64,000 bases of DNA from NCBI GenBank assembly GCA_965215365.1, contig CBDCDS010000003.1, positions 544,001 through 608,000 of the forward strand, written 5' to 3'. Source of the stretch: Gammaproteobacteria bacterium (GTDB lineage: Bacteria > Pseudomonadota > Gammaproteobacteria > Eutrophobiales > Eutrophobiaceae). Shown in pieces: positions 39,841 to 48,819 of the stretch; positions within the stretch are counted from its first letter, which is position 1, and each line of letters starts with the position of its first letter. The translations under genes were made by a program, and so were the position numbers. The notes under the pieces were generated by a model. It saw only the letters and a program-made list of their open reading frames with translations. It did not search any database and was not told the origin of the DNA.

Positions 39841-40050
39841 TTAACAGTCCTGCCGCCCGAACAACCTCAGCGGAATCCGTTGCAAACGGGCCTGCTGTTT
39901 CTCATTTGACTCCGTCGGTAGCAGCGGAATTTTTTCCAATATTGCCTCCATTTTATGCCACTCGTTAATCAATTCCATATCGATGTTCGGATTATTCTGA
40001 ATTACAGTTTCAACCTCTTGGATAAAGCGGTTTTCTTGGTGTGTGCTCAT
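39841..40050 (-). CDS. Small hypothetical protein
   Basis: ATGA-coupled to the upstream fragment; AT-rich. Confidence 0.5.
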   Translation of the reverse strand: MSTHQENRFIQEVETVIQNNPNIDMELINEWHKMEAILEKIPLLPTESNEKQQARLQRIPLRLFGRQDC

Positions 40051-40448
40051 ATAAATATCCGGCTATGTATGATGAATCCCCCGGCACCCGCATATTCCGC
40101 AAGAGACCAGAAATAACTCCAAACTAACTGCTTCAGCCGAGTGTCTTCGCCATAATCATTAATTCTCAAACGGAGGTCCCGCTCCAGAATGTCTTTGTGA
40201 ATACTTGAACCATGAGTATACCACCTTTGGTGATCATTCAACTTTTCTGCAATCTCTTTAGCCCTTTCTTGTTTGTGGGATTCGCTCTTTTCCCAGTTCT
40301 TGAATTTATACTTTGTCAACCAATCTCCAATGAGTGACACGGAAAGTTTTGCCGCTAATTCAAACTGGTGCAGCTGTGCCAGGTCCAGCTTGTTCAGTAG
40401 AATTAGCTCGGCGGATGATAGCTCTCCTTTTTTAGAGCTTTCTATCAA
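40047..40448 (-). pseudogene. C-terminal fragment of SDH/ClpP-class serine protease
   Basis: KQERAKEIAEKLNDHQRWYTHGSSI; 5' part cut off at the 40449 element. Confidence 0.7.
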
Positions 40449-40633
40449 TTTTTGTAACTACTCGCCCCCTCCCTCTAATTCTACTGAATTTTTTGTCAAG
40501 GCGTCCTTGACAACATAGCGTCATGGCGTTATGTTGGTCGTCATGGGGAATGCGTACCGAGGGTCGAAAGCCACGACGGGTCTGTGCCAGCCGCTCATTG
40601 CGATGAGAGGGAGGGGGCGAGTAGTTACAAAAA
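40449..40633. mobile_element. MITE with 28-bp perfect inverted ends and an internal promoter
   Basis: TTTTTGTAACTACTCGCCCCCTCCCTCT ... AGAGGGAGGGGGCGAGTAGTTACAAAAA; TTGACA-N17-TATGTT inside. Confidence 0.82.
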
Positions 40634-40767
40634 AACATGGGATTTGTCGCAATCGGAAATAGTTATACAGGTTCGACTGCGTATTCTGGCGAACGTGAAC
40701 ACTGATTCCGGTTCATGGCGTGTTGTGTCTTTTTACCTCAAGTGTTCACGATGAGTGTCCAGGTTCA
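40629..40767 (+). repeat. Direct repeat copy 1, containing an IS21-like end
   Basis: Matches 42735-42899 apart from a 26-bp indel and one mismatch; TGCGTATTCTGGCGAACGTGAACAC IS21-type end. Confidence 0.9.
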
Positions 40768-40862
40768 ATACATATGAGACTCAGAGGTGTTCTGTGTGTG
40801 TCCAGGTTCAATACCTGTGAGACTCAGGGATGTGCTGTGTGAATAGTTGATCATGCTCCATC
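40756..40862 (-). mobile_element. Two tandem IS481-like right ends
   Basis: TGTCCAGGTTCAATAC at 40756 and 40799. Confidence 0.8.
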
Positions 40863-40879
40863 TGCAAATGAACAAGCGC

Positions 40880-40979
40880 CGCCTTCCAGATACGATTCAA
40901 TGCAGCCTCTGAGCTCAGCTAACGCCGACGATGTGAAGTCCTTACCGCCGGCAAAATCCAAATCTTCACTGTAGCGCCC
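40880..40979 (-). pseudogene. AbiEii (type IV TA) nucleotidyltransferase fragment
   Basis: Minus-strand frame RYSEDLDFAGGKDFTSSALAELRGCIESYL. Confidence 0.65.
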
Positions 40980-41005
40980 CTAGCCGAGGACACCTTAAGG
41001 GTTTG

Positions 41006-42286
41006 TCAGGGCCTCAGCGTTGGCGGCGTTGCGTCCAGGTCCTCAGCGAGCGCCTCGCGCACATAGGTCATCAGCGAGGGAATACCCGGCTCGATCTCCC
41101 GCCCGCCCTCAGGCGCCCAGGTGTAGCCCACATCGGCGAGTTGCCCGAGCGCCGCCTCGGCCGCCTTGGCGTCTAAGCCGACCTCCTCACACAACACCGC
41201 CTTGAGCGTTGCCTTATGCACGCGCGTAGCGCCCTCGCCCTCGAAGGCCTCGCCCACCGATGCGCCGGCCTCGAGCAGGCCACGCTCTTCGAGCTCCTCA
41301 TAGCGCTCGCCGTAATAACGTTCGCGGCGCGCGGCGACTGCGGGGGTGGCCTGCTCGACGAGCTCTGCCGTGACCGTATGGCTGTGCAACTGCTCGACCA
41401 AGACACCACACAACGCTCGCCCCCAAAGCTGAATAAAATACGGGTAACACTGTGAGTCATCGACCACCTTACCCAAGGCATCGGGCTCGATAGTCACCGA
41501 CCAATCACCGAGCGGCTCGGTTAAGGCCTGCGCGGTGGCCGCAGCGCTCAACCGGCCAATGGGCTGGATCTCAGAGCGGCTCCAGAAGGTGGCGCTCATC
41601 TTGCCCAAATGCGCCTCGAGCTGCGGCGTGCCAGCTAAGATGAGCACGAACGGGACCTTCGATGCGCGCAGCTGCTGACTGAGGTTGAGCAGGCGCCGAC
41701 CGATATCGATATCGAGCGTATGCGCTTCGTCCACGGCGACCAACAGCGGTTGGGCGCGACAACGCGCGGTCAGCTTGGCCTCGCCATACACCCGCAGCTC
41801 ATCGTCTGAGACGGCGCTGAGCTCAGCACTGAGCTCCGCGCTGAGATCGCCCGCTCCCACGCGTAAGCTCGCCGCCGAGGCCTTCTGTGTACGCGCCGCG
41901 CACCGCCCCAACAAGCGCCCGAGCCAGGGCCCGCCCGACGCCAGCGTCGATGGCGGACGCTGCAATAAGTTTCTGATTAGCTGTGCTGGGGAATCAATAT
42001 CATCAGGCGTCAGCGAGAGCACGCCGACCCCGGCCTCAGCGGCGGTGGCCCCGAGCTTTTTAAGCAACACCGTCTTGCCGTTGCCGCGCGGCCCGAAGAG
42101 CACCAGGTCCGCCGCCGGGCCGCGTCCCTTGCGCAAGGCGAGCAACAGCCGGCGCTCAAAGACCTTCGTCTCGTCACCGCGCCCGGCGAGCTTGGGCGGG
42201 GTCACGCCCGTGCCAGGCTGGAACAGGCCTAGCAGCGCCTCGGTGTAACGTTCGTCACTGAAATCATGCGGGAACGGTGTGGTCAT
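41006..42286 (-). CDS. AAA family ATPase, paralog of 6201-7418
   Basis: FQPGTGVTPPKLAGR, GPRGNGKT, AVDEAH, YPYFIQ, EPGIPSLM. Confidence 0.88.
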   Translation of the reverse strand: MTTPFPHDFSDERYTEALLGLFQPGTGVTPPKLAGRGDETKVFERRLLLALRKGRGPAADLVLFGPRGNGKTVLLKKLGATAAEAGVGVLSLTPDDIDSPAQLIRNLLQRPPSTLASGGPWLGRLLGRCAARTQKASAASLRVGAGDLSAELSAELSAVSDDELRVYGEAKLTARCRAQPLLVAVDEAHTLDIDIGRRLLNLSQQLRASKVPFVLILAGTPQLEAHLGKMSATFWSRSEIQPIGRLSAAATAQALTEPLGDWSVTIEPDALGKVVDDSQCYPYFIQLWGRALCGVLVEQLHSHTVTAELVEQATPAVAARRERYYGERYEELEERGLLEAGASVGEAFEGEGATRVHKATLKAVLCEEVGLDAKAAEAALGQLADVGYTWAPEGGREIEPGIPSLMTYVREALAEDLDATPPTLRP

Positions 42287-42381
42287 GGCCGATCTCTCGA
42301 TAAGACAGTGGATGTAAGTTTGAAATATCCTTATCTATGTTCAACAGCGTACATTGCGGCGCGCCCTTAAGTCAATAAGCT

Positions 42382-42730
42382 TGTCCAGGTTCAATACATA
42401 TGAGACTCAGGGGTGTGCTGTGTGAGTTGTTGATAATACTCCATTGGGGTTAATAAACCAATACCGTCATGCGGCCGGTAGGTACGGTCACGCCGTCCGT
42501 GAAGCCGACACTCATTCGCGTAACGTCGCAACCCATTCCAACTGCTGCAAACGACCGCGCGCGTCAGCATCGGTAGTATCATCCACGCGCCAACTGCGAT
42601 ATGATTTCACCCGCTTACCTTTTGATCTGCATCGGGTAGTCCTCCTGTGTAAGTTAATCGAAATCACTTTACACACTTAACTACCCGATTTCTTTATCTA
42701 AAGAGTCTCACTTGTTTCTGAACCCGGACA
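42382..42730 (-). mobile_element. Internally deleted IS481-like element (both ends)
   Basis: TGTCCAGGTTCA...TGAACCCGGACA; RBS and ATG near the left end; RPHDGIGLLTPMEYY near the right end. Confidence 0.82.
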
Positions 42731-42734
42731 TATC

Positions 42735-42899
42735 AAAAAAACATGGGATTTGTCGCAATCGGAAATAGTTATACAGGTTCGACTGCGTATTCTGGCGAAC
42801 GTGAACACTGATTCCGGTTCATCGTGAACGCGGTTTTTTCCCACGCATGGCGTGTTGTGTCTTTTTACCTCAAGTGTTCACGATGAGTGTCTAGGTTCA
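42735..42899 (+). repeat. Direct repeat copy 2, overlapping the tupC 3' end
   Basis: See 40629-40767. Confidence 0.9.
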
Positions 42900-43533
42900 C
42901 TATGTTATCCGACAGTGACTGCGCCCGCAGTCGGTCGTGGGTGCTGAAGATGACGGTTTTTGTGCGAGCTTGCCGTTGCCCGTTGAGCCACTGTTCTATT
43001 TCATGTACGGTTGCCTCATCTAGGTAGGTGAACGGTTCGTCCATGATCACTACTTCGGGTTGCAGCGCCAGCGCCCGGGCCAGCGCCACTTTCTGTAGCT
43101 CGCCGCCGGACAGCTGGTTGGCATCGCGGCCCAGCAACGCAGTGAGCCCCAGTTCTCCGGCCACGGCATTCACGGTTGCGTCGATGACGCGGCGCGGCGC
43201 GCCCCGAAACTTCAGTCCCAGGCCGATATTGTCCCGCACCGACATCTTCATCAGGTACGGTTTTTGCTGCACGTAACCGACCTGACGCCGTAACTGCGCG
43301 CGACCACCCCCCGCAACCAGTGTCCCGCGGAACAGTATCGTACCGGCCCGGGGCGCGCGCAGAAAAGCCAGCAAGTCGAACAAGGTGCTCTTGCCGGAAC
43401 CGTTCGGTCCAACCACTGCGGTGACCCGGTTTTGCTCGATAAGCAACTCGTCCAGCTCCAGCGCGTTGCGGTCCTGGTAGGAGAAGGACAGGTTGCAGAT
43501 TTGGTATAAGTGAGTCACCGACATAGCGTCCAC
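42865..43533 (-). CDS. tupC: Tungstate-type ABC transporter ATP-binding protein
   Basis: GPNGSGKST, LSGGE, MDEP, STHD; follows tupB. Confidence 0.82.
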   Translation of the reverse strand: MDAMSVTHLYQICNLSFSYQDRNALELDELLIEQNRVTAVVGPNGSGKSTLFDLLAFLRAPRAGTILFRGTLVAGGGRAQLRRQVGYVQQKPYLMKMSVRDNIGLGLKFRGAPRRVIDATVNAVAGELGLTALLGRDANQLSGGELQKVALARALALQPEVVIMDEPFTYLDEATVHEIEQWLNGQRQARTKTVIFSTHDRLRAQSLSDNIVNLDTHREHLR

Positions 43534-43565
43534 AGGAACCTCTGATCAAATCCGGGCTTCCCTTG

Positions 43566-44255
43566 CTAATCCATGGCCTGGAAGCGCTGCACCGCGAAGT
43601 TCACCAGGAAGGCCGTGGCCAGCAGCAAGATGCCTAAAGCTAGGGCGAACTCGAATTCACCCTTGCTGGTTTCCAGGGCAATGGCGGTGGTCATGGTGCG
43701 GGTGAAGCCCTCGATATTGCCGCCCACCATCATGGCCACGCCCACCTCGCCGATGGCGCGACCAAAGCCAGCGACTAAGGCTGCGGCTAGGGCAAACTTT
43801 ACCTCGTGCACATACATGGCGCCCTGTTGCCAAAGCGATGCGCCCAGGGCCTGGCTGGTGGGTAGCAGGCGCGGGTCGGCGCCGGCGGCTGCGGCAATGG
43901 AGAGGTTCCAGATAATGGGCAATATTAACAGCATCTGACCGATGATAATGGCGCCGGTGGTATATAACAGCCCCAGCTGCCCGAGCAACCCTTGCCGGGT
44001 CAGCAGCCCGTACAGCAACAGCCCCACCACCACCGTGGGTAGCGCCATCAGCGTATTCAGCGTCTGCAACAGCAGGCGTTTTCCCGCAAAATCGCGCAGC
44101 GCCACCAGCATGCCCAGAGGGATGCCCGGCAACGCCGCCAGCGTCACTGCAAGCAGGGAAATAGACAGGGAAGTCCAGACGACCGTATAGATTTCCCTGT
44201 CAAAACTGAAAATGAGCGCCAGCGCCGCGCCGAACGCCGTGGAGAAATAATCCAT
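43566..44255 (-). CDS. tupB: Tungstate-type ABC transporter permease
   Basis: LMALPTVVVGL, FGRAIGEVG.AMMVGGNI.G.TRTMTTAIALETSKG. Confidence 0.9.
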   Translation of the reverse strand: MDYFSTAFGAALALIFSFDREIYTVVWTSLSISLLAVTLAALPGIPLGMLVALRDFAGKRLLLQTLNTLMALPTVVVGLLLYGLLTRQGLLGQLGLLYTTGAIIIGQMLLILPIIWNLSIAAAAGADPRLLPTSQALGASLWQQGAMYVHEVKFALAAALVAGFGRAIGEVGVAMMVGGNIEGFTRTMTTAIALETSKGEFEFALALGILLLATAFLVNFAVQRFQAMD

Positions 44256-44273
44256 GGCCCAGGCCGGGCTGCG

Positions 44274-44636
44274 CTAGCCGGCTGCCACTCCCAGGATAGC
44301 CAGCAGCAACGCGATCAGCGCCAGCACGAAGGCAAACGTGGAACGTTGCTGTTGCCGCCGCAGCGATGCGACCAGCGCCTCATTCTGGCTCGCCAGTTGC
44401 TTGATGAGCTTGAGTTGTTCAACGCTGGCTTCATCCATGGTATCTAAGCGCCGTTCCAGCCTGACCACCACTTCCTCCAGATTATCCGGCGTGATCGGGA
44501 CGCTCTCGGTACGGCCGGAGTCGACCTGCTCACGCTCCTTGACCATATCGATTAACTTACCCGCCGCCTGGATGATCATGGGCGCGGAATTGAGGATGGT
44601 GCCGATGGTAAACGGGTTCATAAACTTTTTTAGCAT
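44274..44636 (-). CDS. Hypothetical coiled-coil protein with C-terminal TM anchor
   Basis: Heptad-rich middle, hydrophobic C-terminus. Confidence 0.7.
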   Translation of the reverse strand: MLKKFMNPFTIGTILNSAPMIIQAAGKLIDMVKEREQVDSGRTESVPITPDNLEEVVVRLERRLDTMDEASVEQLKLIKQLASQNEALVASLRRQQQRSTFAFVLALIALLLAILGVAAG

Positions 44637-44670
44637 GGTGCTCTACAGGAAATGGAACCGCGCAGCTGCG

Positions 44671-44698
44671 CTTGAAAAATTCTAACGTATCCCCATCT
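44671..44698 (+). promoter_or_regulatory. Sigma32 (RpoH) promoter
   Basis: CTTGAAA-N13-CCCCATCT upstream of Hsp20. Confidence 0.85.
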
Positions 44699-44758
44699 TT
44701 TGTACCAGTAGCACGATCTACCACACACTGAACCCTATAACCATTTTGGAGGTGACAC

Positions 44759-45184
44759 ATGGTCAGATTATATTCAAATCCGGTCGGCAACCTGTTGACC
44801 TTGCCAAACGCTCTGTCGGATACGATACTGAGTGACTGGTTTGATTCTGAACCCGCCGGCCGCGGCAGGTTCCCCGCCATCGACATATTCCAGCAGGACG
44901 GCGAATACACCATCAAGGCTGAACTGCCGGGTGTGAAGCGGGACGATATTGATATCGATGTGCAGCGCAACCGTATCAGGATTTCCGGGAAAAAGGAGCT
45001 GGATTACGGTGCAGGCGTGAGCGTGTGCCGGCAGGAACAGCAGACCGGTGCGTTCGAGCGCACTTTTGCCATGCCGTTCGAGATAGACGCGGAACAGGTG
45101 CGGGCTGAATACCGTGACGGTATCCTGGCGTTGTCCCTGCCGCGCGCCGAGCAGGACAAGCCGCGCTCGATCAGTATTTCCTGA
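44759..45184 (+). CDS. Hsp20 small heat-shock protein
   Basis: PAIDI, AELPGV, FERTF, AEYRDGIL...LPR. Confidence 0.95.
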   Translation: MVRLYSNPVGNLLTLPNALSDTILSDWFDSEPAGRGRFPAIDIFQQDGEYTIKAELPGVKRDDIDIDVQRNRIRISGKKELDYGAGVSVCRQEQQTGAFERTFAMPFEIDAEQVRAEYRDGILALSLPRAEQDKPRSISIS

Positions 45185-45185
45185 A

Positions 45186-45212
45186 GGACACCTCTGACAA
45201 TCAGAGGTATCC
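45186..45212. repeat. MITE family A minimal copy
   Basis: GGACACCTCTGA-CAA-TCAGAGGTATCC. Confidence 0.6.
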
Positions 45213-45241
45213 TTGCAGCATGGGAATATCCGTCTCAGAAA

Positions 45242-46264
45242 ATGTCAAATAAATCCGAGATACTCCGGCTCAAGTCGTTCATCTCCCGCCATATCATCGG
45301 CCAGCACAAGCTGGTGGAGCGGTTGCTGCTGGCCTTGCTGGCGGATGGGCATCTGCTGGTGGAGGGTGCGCCGGGGCTGGCCAAGACCCGCGCCGTCAAG
45401 GTGCTGGGTGACGGCATCGACGCCGACTTTCACCGCGTGCAGTTCACGCCCGACTTGCTGCCCGCCGACCTGACCGGCACCGAGATCTACCGGCCTCAGG
45501 ACGGTTCCTTTCAGTTCCAGCGTGGCCCGTTGTTCCACAATCTGGTCCTGGCTGATGAAGTAAACCGGGCGCCGGCCAAGGTGCAGTCGGCGTTGCTGGA
45601 AGCCATGGCCGAGCGGCAGATCACCGTCGGCAGGGAAACCTACCGCTTGCCGCAGTTGTACCTGGTGATGGCAACCCAAAATCCCATCGAGCAGGAAGGC
45701 ACTTACCCGTTACCCGAAGCACAGCTTGACCGCTTCCTGCTACACGTACAAGTCACTTACCCGGACGCCCAGGAAGAGCAGGACATCCTGGCGCTGGCCC
45801 GGCAGGAAGCCAGACAAGGGCCTGGACAGGAGGCCGGGCAAGAGCTTGGGCAGGAGTCCAAGCAAGAACTTGGGCAGGAAGCTGGGCAGGCGCAAGCGGC
45901 GGCGGTGACGCAGGAGGTGATTTTTGCCGCGCGTAACGAAGCGCTGGACACCTACATGGCGGAAAACCTGCAGCAATACCTGATCCAACTGGTGCTGGCC
46001 ACCCGCAATCCGGCTGCCTACGGTGACGATCTGGCCCAGTGGTTGCAGTACGGCGGCAGCCCGCGCGCCACCATTGCCTTGGATCGTTGCGCACGCGTCC
46101 AGGCCTGGCTCAACGACCGCGATTTCGTGGGGCCGGAAGATGTGCAGGCAGTGGTCTATGACGTGCTGCGCCATCGCCTGATCCTGAATTATGAAGCCGA
46201 GGCTGAAGGGGTCACCACCGACCATGTCATCGGTGAGTTGATCAACCGCATCGCGGTGCCCTGA
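45242..46264 (+). CDS. moxR: MoxR family AAA ATPase
   Basis: EGAPGLAKT, QFTPDLLPAD, ATQNPIEQEGTYPLPEAQLDRF. Confidence 0.96.
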   Translation: MSNKSEILRLKSFISRHIIGQHKLVERLLLALLADGHLLVEGAPGLAKTRAVKVLGDGIDADFHRVQFTPDLLPADLTGTEIYRPQDGSFQFQRGPLFHNLVLADEVNRAPAKVQSALLEAMAERQITVGRETYRLPQLYLVMATQNPIEQEGTYPLPEAQLDRFLLHVQVTYPDAQEEQDILALARQEARQGPGQEAGQELGQESKQELGQEAGQAQAAAVTQEVIFAARNEALDTYMAENLQQYLIQLVLATRNPAAYGDDLAQWLQYGGSPRATIALDRCARVQAWLNDRDFVGPEDVQAVVYDVLRHRLILNYEAEAEGVTTDHVIGELINRIAVP

Positions 46265-46290
46265 GAACAGAGTTAAAGGAACCTGCAACA

Positions 46291-47250
46291 ATGCCCACCG
46301 TGGCAGCCAGCGTTGATCCGACCCGGGTATCGGTCCCGGACCTGGTGGCCCTGAGCCGCGCCGCAGCTTCCATCCGGTTGGGACGCGGCAGGATACTGTC
46401 CCGCCGTAGCGGTGATTACCAGTCGCCGTTCCGGGGGCGCGGCATGGAATTCGATGAATCCAGGTTATACCAGCCGGGGGACGATGTCCGCAACATCGAC
46501 TGGCGGGTGACGGCCAGGACCGGCAAGGCCCATACCAAACTGTTCCGTGAAGAGCGCGAGCGACCGGTATTCGTGTGGCTGGACTTGCGCAGACCCATGC
46601 ACTTTGCCACCCGCGGCAGGTACAAATCGGCGCTGGCCGCGCAGCTGGCCGCGCTGGTTGCCTGGAGCGCCTTACACAATGGAGACCGGGTGGGCGGGGT
46701 GATATTTTCCGAACAGGAACACCATGAGTTGAAACCCAAGCGCGGCAAGGCTGCGGTACTGCGCCTGCTCAACCGTATCGTTCACAACCCATCCTGGACC
46801 GCCGCGCCGTCTTCTGCGGCAGACACACACTCCCTGGAACCTGCTTTGGAACGCTTGCGCCGGGTGGCGCGACCGGGCAGCCTGATTTTCCTGATCAGTG
46901 ATTTCCGTCTTATGGATACCCAAGCGGAGATACCACTGACAAGGTTATGCCAGCACAACGAGGTGGCGATGTTGTTCGTCCATGACCGGCTGGAACAGGA
47001 ACTGCCGCCACCCGGCCGTTACCGGCTCAGCGATGGCCGCAGGGACTTCCTGGTAGACAGTTCAGACAACCGGTTAAGCAAGCAGTACCGGCAGCGTTTC
47101 CAGGCGCGCCGGCAACGCCTGCAACAACTGTCCGCAGCGAATCGAATGCTGTTGATCCCGTGCCGGACTGAGGCCGAACCGCTGTCCCTGTTGCACGGCG
47201 GCCTGAGACCGGAAAAGAGCAGTCATAACCGCCTTGCCGCAGGCGCTTGA
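46291..47250 (+). CDS. DUF58 protein
   Basis: GRGMEF.E.R.YQPGDDVRNIDW.VTAR, ISDF. Confidence 0.93.
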   Translation: MPTVAASVDPTRVSVPDLVALSRAAASIRLGRGRILSRRSGDYQSPFRGRGMEFDESRLYQPGDDVRNIDWRVTARTGKAHTKLFREERERPVFVWLDLRRPMHFATRGRYKSALAAQLAALVAWSALHNGDRVGGVIFSEQEHHELKPKRGKAAVLRLLNRIVHNPSWTAAPSSAADTHSLEPALERLRRVARPGSLIFLISDFRLMDTQAEIPLTRLCQHNEVAMLFVHDRLEQELPPPGRYRLSDGRRDFLVDSSDNRLSKQYRQRFQARRQRLQQLSAANRMLLIPCRTEAEPLSLLHGGLRPEKSSHNRLAAGA

Positions 47251-47259
47251 CTTGCCGAC

Positions 47260-47817
47260 ATGCAGTCTCCTGCATTGGATCCGTCAACCTTACCGCTACG
47301 GGATATCCATCTCCCGGAGAATGTCGGCTGGTGGCCGCCGGCGCCCGGATGGTGGCTGTTGCCGGCGCTGGCAGTACTGGCGCTTGCGGCAGCATGGTAC
47401 GCGCGCCGGCTGTACCGCCGCCGCCGCTACTCTGCCGTGAACATGGCAAAACAGGAGCTTGCCGGGATCCGTGCCCGTTATAACATTGATGGCGACGCGG
47501 TGCAATGTGTGCGCGCTGTTTCTGCCCTGTTACGACGCGTCAGCATCAGCCTGTTTCCCAGAGCTGCAAGCGCCGGCTTGACCGGCGCCGACTGGTTGGC
47601 GTTGTTGCGGTCAGGTAACATTCAGCAAAAAACAGGCAAGGAAGAACCCGCCGGGGGCGTTATACTCGAAGATATTCACACCTTACTGCTCGAAGCCCCC
47701 TACCGGCGCCAGGTTGCCGCAGCAGAGGTCGAGTCCCTGCTCGGTTTCTGCGCGGACTGGCTCGACCGGCGGTCCCGAAGCAAGCCCTGCCGGGGCAGCT
47801 TATGCCGGAGCAAATGA
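47260..47817 (+). CDS. DUF4381 protein
   Basis: LRDIHLP..VGWWPPAPGWW. Confidence 0.9.
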   Translation: MQSPALDPSTLPLRDIHLPENVGWWPPAPGWWLLPALAVLALAAAWYARRLYRRRRYSAVNMAKQELAGIRARYNIDGDAVQCVRAVSALLRRVSISLFPRAASAGLTGADWLALLRSGNIQQKTGKEEPAGGVILEDIHTLLLEAPYRRQVAAAEVESLLGFCADWLDRRSRSKPCRGSLCRSK

Positions 47818-48794
47818 TGATTGGCTTTGAGTGGCCCTGGCTGGCACTGTTGCTGCCCTTGCCGTATTTCATCTACCGCTACGCGCGACCCCGCAAGGTG
47901 GCTGCGGGTTCGGCGTTACAAGTGCCGTTTGCAGATGATTTTATCGAAGCTGAGCAGGGCGCCGTACCCTCGTCGCGCAACTGGCCGCTGTGGCTGGCGC
48001 TGGCGGCCTGGATCTTGCTGGTACTTGCCGCAATGCGCCCGCAATGGCTGGGCGAGCTGGTTGAAGTGCCCGTTAGCGGCCGTGAACTGATGCTGGCGGT
48101 GGACCTGTCCGGCAGTATGGAACAGCGCGACTTTGCCTTACGCAACAAGCGCATCGACCGCCTGACTGCGACCAAGCTGGTTGCCGGTGACTTTATCGAG
48201 CGCCGGGTCGGTGACCGCATCGGCCTGATACTGTTCGGTGAACAGGCTTACCTGCAAGCGCCGTTGACGTTTGATCGGGAGACGGTCAAGACCTTGCTGT
48301 CCGAGGCCGTGATCGGGCTGGCCGGCAAGGCCACTGCAATTGGAGACGCTATCGGTCTGGCGGTGAAACGTCTGCGCGAACGGGATGCCAGCCAGCGGGT
48401 GCTGGTGCTGTTGACCGACGGCGCCAATACCGCCGGGGTGGTGGAGCCGATCCCGGCCGCACAACTGGCAAGCCAAGAGGGACTGAAAATTTATACTATC
48501 GGTATCGGCGCTACGGAGCTGCTGGAACGCAGCCTGTTCGGAACCCGCCGGATCAACCCCTCGGCTGACCTGGATGAGGCTGCCTTGACCGAGATTGCCA
48601 ACCTCACCGGCGGCGCCTATTTCCGCGCCCGCGACCTGGGGGAACTGGAACGCATTTACGCCCTGATAGACGAGCTGGAGCCGATAGAACAGGAGCCAAA
48701 GAAGTATCGACCGCGCACCTCCCTGTATTATTGGCCCCTGGCCGCGGCTTTGTTACTGGGCGCGTTACTTGCCCTAGTGAGACGTGGGGAATGA
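47814..48794 (+). CDS. batA: VWA domain protein BatA
   Basis: DLSGSM MIDAS motif, GDRIGLILFG, LLTDGAN. Confidence 0.92.
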   Translation: MMIGFEWPWLALLLPLPYFIYRYARPRKVAAGSALQVPFADDFIEAEQGAVPSSRNWPLWLALAAWILLVLAAMRPQWLGELVEVPVSGRELMLAVDLSGSMEQRDFALRNKRIDRLTATKLVAGDFIERRVGDRIGLILFGEQAYLQAPLTFDRETVKTLLSEAVIGLAGKATAIGDAIGLAVKRLRERDASQRVLVLLTDGANTAGVVEPIPAAQLASQEGLKIYTIGIGATELLERSLFGTRRINPSADLDEAALTEIANLTGGAYFRARDLGELERIYALIDELEPIEQEPKKYRPRTSLYYWPLAAALLLGALLALVRRGE

Positions 48795-48819
48795 CGAACA
48801 GCTATCCCGAACACCGGCC

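Noticed and set aside
40550-40600. Resemblance to a c-di-GMP-I riboswitch (GAAAGCCACG...GGTCT...CAGCCG)
   Set aside because: Lacks the GGCAAACC P1/P2 architecture and lies inside a MITE; an Rfam scan would settle it
36225-43000. attR duplication of the tRNA-Glu 3' end (likewise tRNA-Leu)
   Set aside because: No convincing repeat of either tRNA 3' end found by eye
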